Below, in pieces: positions 47,272 to 58,091 of a stretch of 64,000 bases of DNA. The notes beneath the pieces are model-generated. The model worked only from the letters and a program-made list of their open reading frames with translations. It did no database searches and was not told the DNA's origin. Positions within the stretch are counted from its first letter, which is position 1. Each line of letters begins with the position of its first letter. The stretch is from an uncultured virus (IMG/VR IMGVR_UViG_3300016476_001224) (Duplodnaviria; Heunggongvirae; Uroviricota; Caudoviricetes): IMG/VR virus record IMGVR_UViG_3300016476_001224; one strand, given 5' to 3'. A program made the translations under genes and the position numbers.

Positions 47272-48636
47272 TTATGAAGGATTTTTTATACCAAGTATGT
47301 GATTTAACATATAAGTAACATCACTATTAAAACTTTTTGAATCAACTGTACCATAGTCAGAGAAATGTGGTTCAAAACTAAATGGCCCTATGTTTCCTAC
47401 ATATTCTCTAAATATAGCATCAAGTGAATAATCTTTTAAAAAGTCATAGTCAAAATCCTCAATCCATTTATTTTCATACTTTATTTTATAAAAAGTTTTA
47501 ACTGCTGGGTAACTTCTAGTTTCTCTTGTACCATCTTCTTTAGTATAAGTATGTTTTACTTCTACTTCTTTATCAAATTTAGAATATGATAACTCTGCTC
47601 CATAAGTTCTATCACCAACAATATTATCAAATTCATTAACAAGATCCTTATAGTTTTCATCCTGATGTGCAGTAACTGCATGGTCACCATACATTTGCTT
47701 AATATCATTAATCAATTCAGAATCTTCACATAATTTTTCCAAAGTTCTGTGGTAGCTTTCTTTAAGTAAGAAATTAATAACTTCATCTTCTGTCAGGCCT
47801 TCTAAATTATCATTATCAGCTTCTTTAAGAAATTCTTCTAATCCACCATATTCTTTAATAAGAGCTCTAATAGTTAATATTTCATTATCTTTATCTAAAT
47901 CATACTGAAATAAAGAATTAGTACTTGGTCTATATTCAGAGCTCCAATAATAATCACCATCTATACCATTAACTAATTGTTCTTTATATGAATTTTTACT
48001 ATCTCTAATTAAAGTATCTGCTAAATCTTCCATTTCTTCAATGATATAAATATCATTACCTTCTATAAAAGTATCTTTATTTTTATCTGATATCCACTCA
48101 TAGTATTCACATAATTCTTCTGCAGAAATATCAACTTCTTTTTTATCTTTAACAAATATACTAATAACATCATCTATCTGTATATCTTTAGTAATATCTC
48201 CACTTTCATCTTTTAAGAAGAAACCTCCTTTTACTAATAACTCATTTAAGTCTATTTTACTATCACCTTCAAGTAATTCAACTTCAAATCCAAGGTCTTC
48301 AAAATAATCAACCGCAGTTAAAACAACATCAGTAACATCTACACTGGTTGGTTTTGTATCATATATGTCAATTAAATATGCTGGTGTTACTTTACCTTTA
48401 ATTAGTTTTTTACCAAATACTTCTTTAGTTCCACCACCATAAAACCATTTTTGTTCTACATATCCTCTATCAATTTCAAAAGTATATCCTTCATCTTGTA
48501 ATTCAACAAAAAGTTCTTCAATTTTATCATCTTCAATTCTATAAGTCTTTTCTTCAACTACAGGTTTCATTACTTCTTCCATAGGCCATAGAGAAAGTTG
48601 TGATTCTTTAATAAATTCTAAATATTTCTTTATCAT
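47272..48636 (-). CDS. Acidic protein with leader, D.GF/Y paralog family
   Basis: MIKKYLEFIKES; IEELFVELQDEGYTF. Confidence 0.75.
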   Translation of the reverse strand: MIKKYLEFIKESQLSLWPMEEVMKPVVEEKTYRIEDDKIEELFVELQDEGYTFEIDRGYVEQKWFYGGGTKEVFGKKLIKGKVTPAYLIDIYDTKPTSVDVTDVVLTAVDYFEDLGFEVELLEGDSKIDLNELLVKGGFFLKDESGDITKDIQIDDVISIFVKDKKEVDISAEELCEYYEWISDKNKDTFIEGNDIYIIEEMEDLADTLIRDSKNSYKEQLVNGIDGDYYWSSEYRPSTNSLFQYDLDKDNEILTIRALIKEYGGLEEFLKEADNDNLEGLTEDEVINFLLKESYHRTLEKLCEDSELINDIKQMYGDHAVTAHQDENYKDLVNEFDNIVGDRTYGAELSYSKFDKEVEVKHTYTKEDGTRETRSYPAVKTFYKIKYENKWIEDFDYDFLKDYSLDAIFREYVGNIGPFSFEPHFSDYGTVDSKSFNSDVTYMLNHILGIKNPS

Positions 48637-48701
48637 AACTTATATATAAAAAAAAGAGAGTTAAAAACTCTCTTTTTATATAGCTGTTATTATTTATTTA
48701 A

Positions 48702-49601
48702 TTATATTTTAGAAAGTAATTCTTCTTTCTTATTTGTGAACTCTTCATCAGTTAAAACTCCAGCTTTGTGAAGTTCACCAAGTTTCTCTAATAGAACAAT
48801 ACTATCAAGAGATATAGTAACACTTTTTTTAATTTCTTTTGTTTCTACAGGTTTTCTACTATCAGGAAGTAATTGAATAATAGTAGATGCAATATAGTAA
48901 TTATCAAAATCCATATCTACAGTTTCAAACTTCTGTTTAGATTTCTCACCTTTTTCAACTCTACCAGTTTCAATTGTCTCAATATTACTTGAATATAATG
49001 AGTTATTTATAGGTGTCATATTAGTATCTGAATAGTAACTAGTTTTAATATTACTTAAATCAAATGCACTATTAGAGCAATAAACATTATTAGATGTTGT
49101 TGTTGTGCCTATAATAGAATTACTATTTGTTGTTGTAATACCATTATAATAAATGTATGGATTTGTTGTTGTGTACCAAGGATAAGTTGGATATGTCCAG
49201 TAAGGATAAGATCTAAATTTAGTCCAATTTTGTAATGTAACTACAGATTCTTTATAGAAGAAAACTTCTAATAAACCATTTTTTGCAATTGCATTAGCTA
49301 CTTCTTTAGTATCTTCTACCTCATAAGTATTGAAAATAAATTTCTTTTTATCATCAATAAAACAATCTAAATAAAATCTTTGACCTGGATTAAGAACTAA
49401 ACCTGTTTCTGAGATTGAATTACCATTTAATTTGATGTCTGCAAGTACTGCTTGTTGAAGTGGATTGAAAAGCTCAATTTCAAATTGTTCTTTATCTTGA
49501 AGATAAACTTTTCCTTTTCTGATAGATTTTCTTCCTCTATCTTTAGAGTTAACTACCCATGCACTTGGCATTGTAGTTTGTGTTTTGACTTGTTTTGCCA
49601 T
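48702..49601 (-). CDS. Hypothetical protein with C-terminal SHOCT-like domain
   Basis: LEKLGELHKAGVLTDEEFTNKKEELL. Confidence 0.75.
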   Translation of the reverse strand: MAKQVKTQTTMPSAWVVNSKDRGRKSIRKGKVYLQDKEQFEIELFNPLQQAVLADIKLNGNSISETGLVLNPGQRFYLDCFIDDKKKFIFNTYEVEDTKEVANAIAKNGLLEVFFYKESVVTLQNWTKFRSYPYWTYPTYPWYTTTNPYIYYNGITTTNSNSIIGTTTTSNNVYCSNSAFDLSNIKTSYYSDTNMTPINNSLYSSNIETIETGRVEKGEKSKQKFETVDMDFDNYYIASTIIQLLPDSRKPVETKEIKKSVTISLDSIVLLEKLGELHKAGVLTDEEFTNKKEELLSKI

Positions 49602-49774
49602 TTTTTAATTTTTATTTTTATATCCATATCTTTGATTCTCTTAGAAAATCTCAAAGGCATCCTATTGATACCCGACATGAATTGTATAACAGCTACAACA
49701 ATATATATTACTTTTTTCTCCTTTTGTTTGGAAAAAATAATAATTTGTATTATCTTTGTTTAAAATAATTCTAA

Positions 49775-51016
49775 ATGATAAAATCTACACAATTCATACC
49801 AGAAGTTTTTATTGAACTTACATCAAATACATATCCTCATGGAACTGAGAATATTATTGCTGATAAGATGTATAAACTTGGACTATTTCCAGAAGGAATA
49901 GATATGGATGAACATGGTAATTACTTCTGTAAAATTGGTGAATCAAGAACAATCTTTGCTTCTCACCTTGACACAGTTTCAAAAAAATATGAACCAGTAA
50001 AACATGTACTTGATGGTTTAACAATTAAAACTGATGGTACTACTACATTAGGTGCTGATGATAAAGCAGGAGTTACTATTCTTACTTGGATGATGAAAAA
50101 TCAAATACCAGGTTTATATTACTTCTTTATTGGTGAGGAATGTGGTTGTATTGGTTCAAGTGCTGCTGCAAAATATGGTGACTTCAAAGATTATGATAGA
50201 ATAATTTCATTTGATAGAAGAGCAACTACTTCTATTATTACACACCAATCTTGTGCAAGATGTTGTTCAGATGTATTTGCTGATGCATTTTGTGAAGAAT
50301 TAAATAAATCAGGTCTTTCTTATGTAAAAGATGATGGTGGAGTTTATACTGACTCTGCAGAGTTTGTTGATATTATACCTGAGTGTACAAATGTATCTGT
50401 AGGATATTACAAAGAACATACTTTCAATGAAAGTCAAGATATAGAACACTTAGTTAAATTAGCAGATGCTTGTTTAAAAGTTGATTGGGAAAACTTACCA
50501 ACTAAAAGAGACCCATCTGTTTATGAACCAAAATATAAATCTACTTATACTATTAGTAGCAGATTTGATGATTGGGATTGGGATGAAGACTGGCATGGTT
50601 CAAGAAGAGGTGTTGGAACTTACCCAATAAAAGGAAATGGTTGGAGTAGAACAGGTGGTGTTACAAAAACCAGAGACTATGATTATTATCAAAATGAAGA
50701 TATATTTGATGATGATTATAAACCAAAGAAAACAAGAAGAGGTAATAAATCAAAATCTAAAACCTACTTTGATAATGGACATGAATTAATACCAATGGAA
50801 GTTGAAGCTACTACAGACAAGCTGTGGATTGTTGTTGATGCTGGTAAAGGTAAATATGACTGGATAATGACTAAGTTCTCAAGTAATAAACTAAACAAAG
50901 AAGAACTTGATATTGTTAGAGAACAATATTTAGATATGGAAAATGACTATGATAGATACTTCTATGAAAACTTAGTAGATGAACTATTAGGTGATGAATA
51001 TCACTTTTTCACATAA
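49775..51016 (+). CDS. M28/M20-family zinc peptidase with long C-terminal extension
   Basis: SHLDTV, LGADDKAG, GEECG, FDRR, TDS, GYY.EHT; TATCTTTG at 49751-49758. Confidence 0.85.
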   Translation: MIKSTQFIPEVFIELTSNTYPHGTENIIADKMYKLGLFPEGIDMDEHGNYFCKIGESRTIFASHLDTVSKKYEPVKHVLDGLTIKTDGTTTLGADDKAGVTILTWMMKNQIPGLYYFFIGEECGCIGSSAAAKYGDFKDYDRIISFDRRATTSIITHQSCARCCSDVFADAFCEELNKSGLSYVKDDGGVYTDSAEFVDIIPECTNVSVGYYKEHTFNESQDIEHLVKLADACLKVDWENLPTKRDPSVYEPKYKSTYTISSRFDDWDWDEDWHGSRRGVGTYPIKGNGWSRTGGVTKTRDYDYYQNEDIFDDDYKPKKTRRGNKSKSKTYFDNGHELIPMEVEATTDKLWIVVDAGKGKYDWIMTKFSSNKLNKEELDIVREQYLDMENDYDRYFYENLVDELLGDEYHFFT

Positions 51017-51044
51017 CAAAAAACCCATCATCTGATGGGTTTTT

Positions 51045-51260
51045 TTATATCTTTAATTTATCTATTATATCTGATGATTTAATTTCTTCATCAGGTGCAT
51101 TTTTTATCTCAGATTGAGGTATATTATGACTTACTTTATATTTTGTCTTAGAAAGCTTCTCTACAATCTTACAAGGTGTAATCATATCATTGTACCAATA
51201 TTCTATTAACACAATATCACCAACATTATAAAATGACTTAAACTCTAATATAAATTTCAT
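51045..51260 (-). CDS. Small SH3/Tudor-like protein
   Basis: YNVGDIVLIEYW; TTAATATATA on minus strand at 51265-51274. Confidence 0.6.
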   Translation of the reverse strand: MKFILEFKSFYNVGDIVLIEYWYNDMITPCKIVEKLSKTKYKVSHNIPQSEIKNAPDEEIKSSDIIDKLKI

Positions 51261-51283
51261 ATTGTATATATTAAAATTGAATA

Positions 51284-52039
51284 TTATTTTTTAGGTTGAT
51301 TTTCTTCCCAAGCATCAAACTCATCTTCAATCATCATCACTATAGGATTTCTTACAATATCTTTAGTTTGAAATTCAAGTGTACCAATATTTGGTTTACC
51401 TGCAAATATAGAAACTACTGTATCTAAAGAGGATAATCTTTTATTTTTAATATCAATTTGTTTAGTATCACCAGTAATAATCATTTTTGAGTTATCACCA
51501 ATTCTTGTTAAAGTACTTCTCATATTTTTAAGAGAGATATTTTGAGCTTCATCTACAATAATAATTGAGTTATCAATACTTCTACCTCTAATATAAGCAA
51601 GTGGTAAAACTTCAATTAATCCTTCATTTAACATTAGTTGTGTATTATCTTCTCCAATTAACTTATAGAAATTATCTAAAAAAGAGATTGTAAAAGGAAA
51701 CATCTTCTCTTTTAAATCTCCTTTCAAAAACCCAACTTCTTCACCTTCAAGTACAGTAACACTTTTAACTAAAAGAATTTTTGTAAACCTTTTATCAGAT
51801 TTCAAAAGTTTCAATGCATGAGCACAAGCAAGATATGTTTTACCTGTACCTGCAGGACCTGAACATATTGTAATATCATTATTATTAATTAGATTACCTA
51901 ATGTCTTTTGTGATTTATTTTTACACTTTAAGTCAAATGATATTGAGTTAAGATTAAACTTAGGCATTTCTGGTTGTAAGATTGTCTTTGGTGCACTTAC
52001 AACCTCATCATCCTTTTTAGAATACTTTTTTCCTCTCAT
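51284..52039 (-). CDS. phoH: PhoH-family ATPase
   Basis: GPAGTGKT, GFLKGDL.EK, PLAYIRGRS, DEAQN, LTRIG, GD..QID, DIVRNP. Confidence 0.93.
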   Translation of the reverse strand: MRGKKYSKKDDEVVSAPKTILQPEMPKFNLNSISFDLKCKNKSQKTLGNLINNNDITICSGPAGTGKTYLACAHALKLLKSDKRFTKILLVKSVTVLEGEEVGFLKGDLKEKMFPFTISFLDNFYKLIGEDNTQLMLNEGLIEVLPLAYIRGRSIDNSIIIVDEAQNISLKNMRSTLTRIGDNSKMIITGDTKQIDIKNKRLSSLDTVVSIFAGKPNIGTLEFQTKDIVRNPIVMMIEDEFDAWEENQPKK

Positions 52040-52133
52040 AAATAGTTTTTATTTTTATATATTCATTTACTTTATTTCTCTGTTTAAGAGCATGTGATAT
52101 TTAATATATAATTGTGAAAAAAATTTTTTTGTT

Positions 52134-52349
52134 GTGAAGAAAACAGATGATTTAATTTATGATTTAATATTCTCTAATGAAACTTACTTTTTAATTGATA
52201 TTTCAGATTATATAGAAGACATATATCAGTATGAAGATTTTATAATAAAGTTAAGAGAAATATTGAAAAAGTCAAAAGTTTATATTGTCAAAAATGAAGT
52301 TTTAGTTGACAGCAAAACTGTTATGTGGGAATTAAAAGTAAGAAAATAA
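52134..52349 (+). CDS. Small hypothetical protein
   Basis: GTG start after TTAATATATA at 52101-52110. Confidence 0.6.
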   Translation: MKKTDDLIYDLIFSNETYFLIDISDYIEDIYQYEDFIIKLREILKKSKVYIVKNEVLVDSKTVMWELKVRK

Positions 52350-52352
52350 TTT

Positions 52353-55300
52353 ATGTGGATATTTAACAAAGATTATAACAAATGGGTTATAACAGAGGAT
52401 CAATTAGCTAAAAGTAATTTTGATTACCTAAAACAAGAACTTGTATCAACAAGATACTACTCAAAGTGTCTTAGTGGTGCTACTTATCTACCAATTAACA
52501 ATGTAGATAATATCTATGATATTTTAGGTGAATATGAAACAAGAAACTGGTACATAGATAGTTCAGGTTCTCAATATTCATATACTGCAATTCCACAAAA
52601 TGCAAGTCCTATCAATGGAATAACTTCAAATAATTACTATACTAAGTATTTATCTGAATATGGTTTGACATTGAAAAACTTATTTACCCCAGATAGACTA
52701 ATAAAGGATTCTATTAATTATTTATATGTTGATGTTGCAACAATAGAAGAAATAAATTTAAGTTCTAAATATACTAATCTTATTATTGATGGTGTTAAAT
52801 TACTTAATGGTCATAGAGTTTTAGTAAAAGATCAAATTTCAACTGAAACTTTACCATTTGATACTGATCCAAATACTTACTTTAAGGGTAATTATACTTT
52901 AGTACAAGACTATGGTGCTACAATAGAATATAGTTACTACAATTCTGAGAATGGTATTTATGTATTTAACAATGGTTACTTAACAAAGACTGATGATTTG
53001 TCTTTATATGAAGATTGTATAAGATATAGTGTTTCAGTTAAATTAGGAACTATAAATACACAAAAACAATTTCATTTAAGTAGATTATTAAATGGATATT
53101 ATCCTACATCATCTTTGAATGAACCTGTTGAGTTTAAAGAAAAACATAATTGGTTATTAAGAAATAGAGTAGATTATAACAATTTATTTGAGATTAACTA
53201 TTATGATGTTTTAAAACATGGTTCACAAACTTATACTATTAATTCAACTACTTATAGTATTCCTGAAAGAACTATTGCAGTTGGTGAATTTGGTGTTATA
53301 TTAAATACACAAGGTGGTATTTCAAATATAATTCCTAATAAATATAAAGTTAATTTAAGAAGTATTACTCAAACAGAACTATACTACTGGATTTGTGGAG
53401 ATGATGGAACTTTATTAAAAGTTAGAAAACATGATTTTACTATAGAAAAGATTGAACTTAATATTATAAAGAATTTAAAATCTGTATCATTCTTTAATAA
53501 CTTAAAAGGTGTTGTAGTTGGTGAATTAAATACAATATTAATAACAAATGATGGTGGTTTAAATTGGAATAGTATAATTGTAGATGATTTTGAATCTTAT
53601 TACTATAATAAAGTTCTTTTCCTTACACAAGATAAAATCTATATTATTGGTAATACTGGAGTATTTATTGAATTAGAGGAAGATATTTCTGGATGGTCAG
53701 CATATAAAAGAAGAATATCTAAATTTATAGATGATTATGAAGAGTATTTATTAGTTGATAATATCAATGATATTATTTATACTAATATTAATTGGCATCT
53801 TTCATATAACTATGGTACACAATCTATTACTGACCAAAAAGAACTACTATTATTAGTAACTGATAATGGTAAAGTAATTGCAAATGACTTAAATTCTACA
53901 ACTAAGTTTGATTTCCTTTATTTAGAATTTCAAACACAATATGGTAATATTAATAATATTATACAGCAAGGGACATCAAGTATTTTTTACTTTTCTGGAG
54001 ATAATGGAATATTAAAATTTGATATTACTAATTTTAACACAATTGGAGATAATATTTATTCTAATAAAATATCAGGCCCTGATGCAGCAAATTTAAGTGA
54101 ATTGTCTGTAAATAGATTATTTGATTACAATTCTAATGATTTATTAATATGTGGTAATACATCTCTATTACAAACATCTACTTATAGTACTCCTTTAAAC
54201 TTTAATATATTAGATTCTACTTTTGAATCAAGATTAAAATCTAAGATGTTATTTGTTGATTATGATGTTGCAAGTAAGTTAAACTTTTTTACTGATGCAG
54301 GTGATTATAGACTACCAAGTTCAACATCATTTAATTTAGTAACTTCATCAGATGATATTACTTATTCAAATAATCATTATTATCTTATGAATCCTAATAT
54401 TAGTGGAAACTTAATATCAACTATAAATGTTGATAGTCAAAGTGTTAATCCTAACAATATTGAGGTTACAATTAATCTATCTAATCCAGTAGGGATAAGT
54501 CATTTATTGGTTAATTTAAGATCACCAAATGGTAATGTAATAAATTTGAAAAGAGTAAATTCAGGAACAGGAACAACACTTGCAAATGTAACATTTTCAA
54601 CATCAACAGAGTATAATTACTTTAGAAATTCTTTAGCTCCTTATACTAGTCATACTTATCAAATGGATAAGATATTATCATTTAATCAATTTGCAAGATT
54701 TGCAATTTTAGAAAATGTTGAACCTGAATTTTTTAATTTTGGTTACAATGCAAATACAAATAACTTAGTAGATTTATTAGATGAGAATGGTGGATTTTAT
54801 GGTAATTGGGAATTATATATTGAATGGACTTCTATTAGTATATTTAGTAGGCCTAGTTTACCAATTACTTATCCAAATGGTACACTAATGGGTTGGGATT
54901 TAACATTTGTTTATTCAAGACCAAATGAAATAGATTTGAATTGTTTATCATTTGAACCTTTAGTTTATGGTCCAACTGCACCAAGTTTTATGACACAATC
55001 AGAAACTAACTGGTTAACATATTGGAAAGATAGACAAAAGACATTTGAATATTATTCTGTTAATCCAGCAGATAAAAATAGTAAAGTTGAAATATCAACA
55101 GACTTTTGTAAAGCAGTTTCTTCTACAAGATATATCTATTCAATAACTAATCAATTGTCAGACATATCAAGATTAGCACCTTCTTTAGTAGATTTAACAT
55201 CTAATAGATTTATTGGTGGTTCAGTTAGTATTTCATCACCTAATCAATTATATGATATTTATTTCTATGGTTACTTAATGATAGTTAGAGTTGATAGAAA

Positions 55301-58073
55301 TTATCCTGTTAAAGTAGGTGATGTAATTAGCTTAACAAGTTCAGTTGTTGATAGTCAGTTTGTAGTTAATAGAGTTGAAACATTGCGTAACCCAACACAT
55401 TTAGGACCTATTTTAAGACAAATAAATCTTGTAAGTAAGTATTTATATATGTATATGGATTTTAATGATAATATCATTACTGAATTGATGAGAACTCAGG
55501 ATCCTATTACTATTACAAACCTAAATAAGTTTACTGATTTAGATGAATTAAGTAATAAATTTAATACACATCCAATATCACATGGTTATGAATTAACATA
55601 TGTAGATAATACAATTACTATAGATAGTAAATTCAACAACATAACATCTTATTATAATTTAGCAACTCAAGTAATTGCCAATGGTGTTGATAATGCTGGT
55701 TTACCTTTAACAATAACAAATGAAATGGTATATACTGATGGATTTTTAAAATTTGGATATACACCAACTTATAATCTATTAGATTATTTAGAAGGACTAA
55801 ATGATACTACAAACCTAGCAACTGCTAAATTTAGAGCAGATAAAGAGTATTATGCAATGCCACATTACAAAGCTATTCCTTTAGAAGGTTCATTAAGTGG
55901 CAACTCATCTGGTCTTTACTTTAATTATAATGGTATTTTTGGTACAAATAGTTCAAATCAAAAACCAAGTAATATATTACAATTTGGTTCAGATTTAAAA
56001 TTAGAATGGGAAAGTATATTCTTAAATACATTTGTTGATATAGTAATGTATTCTGATTCTGATTACTATAATCCTACCAATGGTTCAACATTTAGCACTG
56101 AAAGGTTGTTAGTAACAAAGAAATACTATAATAGTACATATGATACTTATGATATTGAGTTTGGAAAAAGTATAAATTTCCCTATTGGTAGTCAACCTAG
56201 ATTTATTGATATTTTATCAAGAAGAACATTATTACAAATAAGTGAGGATTTACAAGAATTAAATAATATTCAAAGACCAAGATTTGTAAATAAATCAATT
56301 ATTGATAATAATGATAACAACTTCTATAATTATGATAGAACTACAAGTTATAAAATATCTACTGATTCATACACTAAGATTTTATTATCAGATGTTGATA
56401 CAATTAAAGAATTAACTGCAGTTATTTATACTGATTATAAGAATGAATTAGCAATGAATATAACAAGACTTGCTAGAGAATATAATATTAAGATAGCTGA
56501 TACAGATTCATATAATGGTAATTTACTTATTATATGTGGTGAAAAACATGAATTGAAAAATGGAGATGGTGTTGTATTAGAATTTAATGGTGGTACTTAT
56601 TCTTCACAAGTATTAAATCAACAATACTTTGGTTATCATACTGTCAATGTTGTTGATGACTATAAAGTATGGATAGATATTGATTATGTTAATAACACTA
56701 TTGTTAATGATACAGGATATTTGAAATACACTAAGAGTGATCCTTTCTTTAATTATCAACCAGTTGATATAATTGATGTAGGTGTTAATAAAAAAGGTAA
56801 AATTGCAATAGAATTGAATATTGACAATTTAAAATTAACTAATGATGTTTATAGTTTAGTTAATGTAGATTACAACAAATATAGATTTAGATTAATTGAT
56901 GGATTAAACATTGAAACATTATCACTTAAATATCCTTGGATATTAGAAGCAGAGGTTTCTGGTGCCTTATTAGGACTTGACACAAATGGTTTAGTTTGGT
57001 ATAAAGGTTATTGGGAATGTGGTAGATGGTTTGGTGGTACTTGGATATCAGGTACTTGGAAGTCAGGAGACTGGTATGCTGGTATATGGAATTCTAAAAA
57101 GATAACAGATAATTTAATATCAGTTGAAGTAGATAATAGTGTATCAGATACTATACAATCAACTTGGTTTGGTGGTAGATGGTATGATGGTACTTGGAAT
57201 AATGGTACTTGGGTAGATGGTAGATGGTATGGTGGTACTTGGAATGCAGGTGACTGGTATAAAGGTATATGGAATGATGGTACTTGGAATAATGGTATTT
57301 TCTCAGGTGGTGTTTGGGTACTTGGTACCTGGAATGGTGGTGTATTTAATTGTGATAATGAACCTTCTTACTGGATTGATGGTAAGTGGAATGGTGGTGA
57401 CTTTGAAAATGGTATTTGGTATAATGGTATTTTTGAAGAGAAAAATTCACTTTCAAGATTTGGAACAAAAGCTTACAATAGTAGAACTGCAAATTGGAAA
57501 TCTGGTAAATGGTTAAGTGGTAGTTTCTATTCAAGATTAATTACAGATAATAGTGGAGTTCCAGTAACTTCAATATCTCATAAATATTCAATTTGGAAAA
57601 CAGGTATTTGGTATACAGGTGATTGGTATGGTGGTATTTCATATAATATGGATTTTCAATCAGGAAACTGGTATGGTGGTATATTAGAAGATATACAAAT
57701 TATTGGCATTTCCTATAATACTTCTAATCCTGTGGATAGTTATATTACACTAAATGGTGAGTTTGAGTTTAATATTAGTGATGATATACATATTTTAAAT
57801 ACATTTGGAACTACAAGTAGTATTGAAGGTAAATATGAACTTATAAAATGTAAAACAGATACTATAAATAAGAAAACTAAACTTTATATTAGTATTCCTG
57901 ATGGCTATAATACATCTAATGATGATAATGAAACAGGATTAAGAGTAGTTAGTAGATTTAGAAGTGCCAATTGGAAATCAGGTATTTGGACTAATGGTAT
58001 CTATGAAACTGGACTTTGGGAAGGTGGTATTTGGTATAATGGTTTATTCAAAGATGGTGCAAATTGGATGTAA
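52353..58073 (+). CDS. Very large multidomain virion protein (beta-propeller, P-domain-like region, GxWxx repeats)
   Basis: RVLVKDQ..ENGIYV, BNR/Ycf48-like VGE.G.I..T.DGG.NW repeats, LLVNLRSPNG..GNWEL, many GxWxx repeats at about 56990-58070. Confidence 0.7.
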   Translation: MWIFNKDYNKWVITEDQLAKSNFDYLKQELVSTRYYSKCLSGATYLPINNVDNIYDILGEYETRNWYIDSSGSQYSYTAIPQNASPINGITSNNYYTKYLSEYGLTLKNLFTPDRLIKDSINYLYVDVATIEEINLSSKYTNLIIDGVKLLNGHRVLVKDQISTETLPFDTDPNTYFKGNYTLVQDYGATIEYSYYNSENGIYVFNNGYLTKTDDLSLYEDCIRYSVSVKLGTINTQKQFHLSRLLNGYYPTSSLNEPVEFKEKHNWLLRNRVDYNNLFEINYYDVLKHGSQTYTINSTTYSIPERTIAVGEFGVILNTQGGISNIIPNKYKVNLRSITQTELYYWICGDDGTLLKVRKHDFTIEKIELNIIKNLKSVSFFNNLKGVVVGELNTILITNDGGLNWNSIIVDDFESYYYNKVLFLTQDKIYIIGNTGVFIELEEDISGWSAYKRRISKFIDDYEEYLLVDNINDIIYTNINWHLSYNYGTQSITDQKELLLLVTDNGKVIANDLNSTTKFDFLYLEFQTQYGNINNIIQQGTSSIFYFSGDNGILKFDITNFNTIGDNIYSNKISGPDAANLSELSVNRLFDYNSNDLLICGNTSLLQTSTYSTPLNFNILDSTFESRLKSKMLFVDYDVASKLNFFTDAGDYRLPSSTSFNLVTSSDDITYSNNHYYLMNPNISGNLISTINVDSQSVNPNNIEVTINLSNPVGISHLLVNLRSPNGNVINLKRVNSGTGTTLANVTFSTSTEYNYFRNSLAPYTSHTYQMDKILSFNQFARFAILENVEPEFFNFGYNANTNNLVDLLDENGGFYGNWELYIEWTSISIFSRPSLPITYPNGTLMGWDLTFVYSRPNEIDLNCLSFEPLVYGPTAPSFMTQSETNWLTYWKDRQKTFEYYSVNPADKNSKVEISTDFCKAVSSTRYIYSITNQLSDISRLAPSLVDLTSNRFIGGSVSISSPNQLYDIYFYGYLMIVRVDRNYPVKVGDVISLTSSVVDSQFVVNRVETLRNPTHLGPILRQINLVSKYLYMYMDFNDNIITELMRTQDPITITNLNKFTDLDELSNKFNTHPISHGYELTYVDNTITIDSKFNNITSYYNLATQVIANGVDNAGLPLTITNEMVYTDGFLKFGYTPTYNLLDYLEGLNDTTNLATAKFRADKEYYAMPHYKAIPLEGSLSGNSSGLYFNYNGIFGTNSSNQKPSNILQFGSDLKLEWESIFLNTFVDIVMYSDSDYYNPTNGSTFSTERLLVTKKYYNSTYDTYDIEFGKSINFPIGSQPRFIDILSRRTLLQISEDLQELNNIQRPRFVNKSIIDNNDNNFYNYDRTTSYKISTDSYTKILLSDVDTIKELTAVIYTDYKNELAMNITRLAREYNIKIADTDSYNGNLLIICGEKHELKNGDGVVLEFNGGTYSSQVLNQQYFGYHTVNVVDDYKVWIDIDYVNNTIVNDTGYLKYTKSDPFFNYQPVDIIDVGVNKKGKIAIELNIDNLKLTNDVYSLVNVDYNKYRFRLIDGLNIETLSLKYPWILEAEVSGALLGLDTNGLVWYKGYWECGRWFGGTWISGTWKSGDWYAGIWNSKKITDNLISVEVDNSVSDTIQSTWFGGRWYDGTWNNGTWVDGRWYGGTWNAGDWYKGIWNDGTWNNGIFSGGVWVLGTWNGGVFNCDNEPSYWIDGKWNGGDFENGIWYNGIFEEKNSLSRFGTKAYNSRTANWKSGKWLSGSFYSRLITDNSGVPVTSISHKYSIWKTGIWYTGDWYGGISYNMDFQSGNWYGGILEDIQIIGISYNTSNPVDSYITLNGEFEFNISDDIHILNTFGTTSSIEGKYELIKCKTDTINKKTKLYISIPDGYNTSNDDNETGLRVVSRFRSANWKSGIWTNGIYETGLWEGGIWYNGLFKDGANWM

Positions 58074-58091
58074 AAAGTTAATATATAGATT

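Noticed and set aside
1403..57534. Many overlapping antisense or alternate-frame ORFs in the track (for example 1403-, 1878+, 2523-, 8968-, 11785-, 27886-, 28189-, 34161+, 49452+, 57217+)
   Set aside because: They are shadows of stronger genes, with Ser/Phe/Leu-rich composition and no promoter or motif support.
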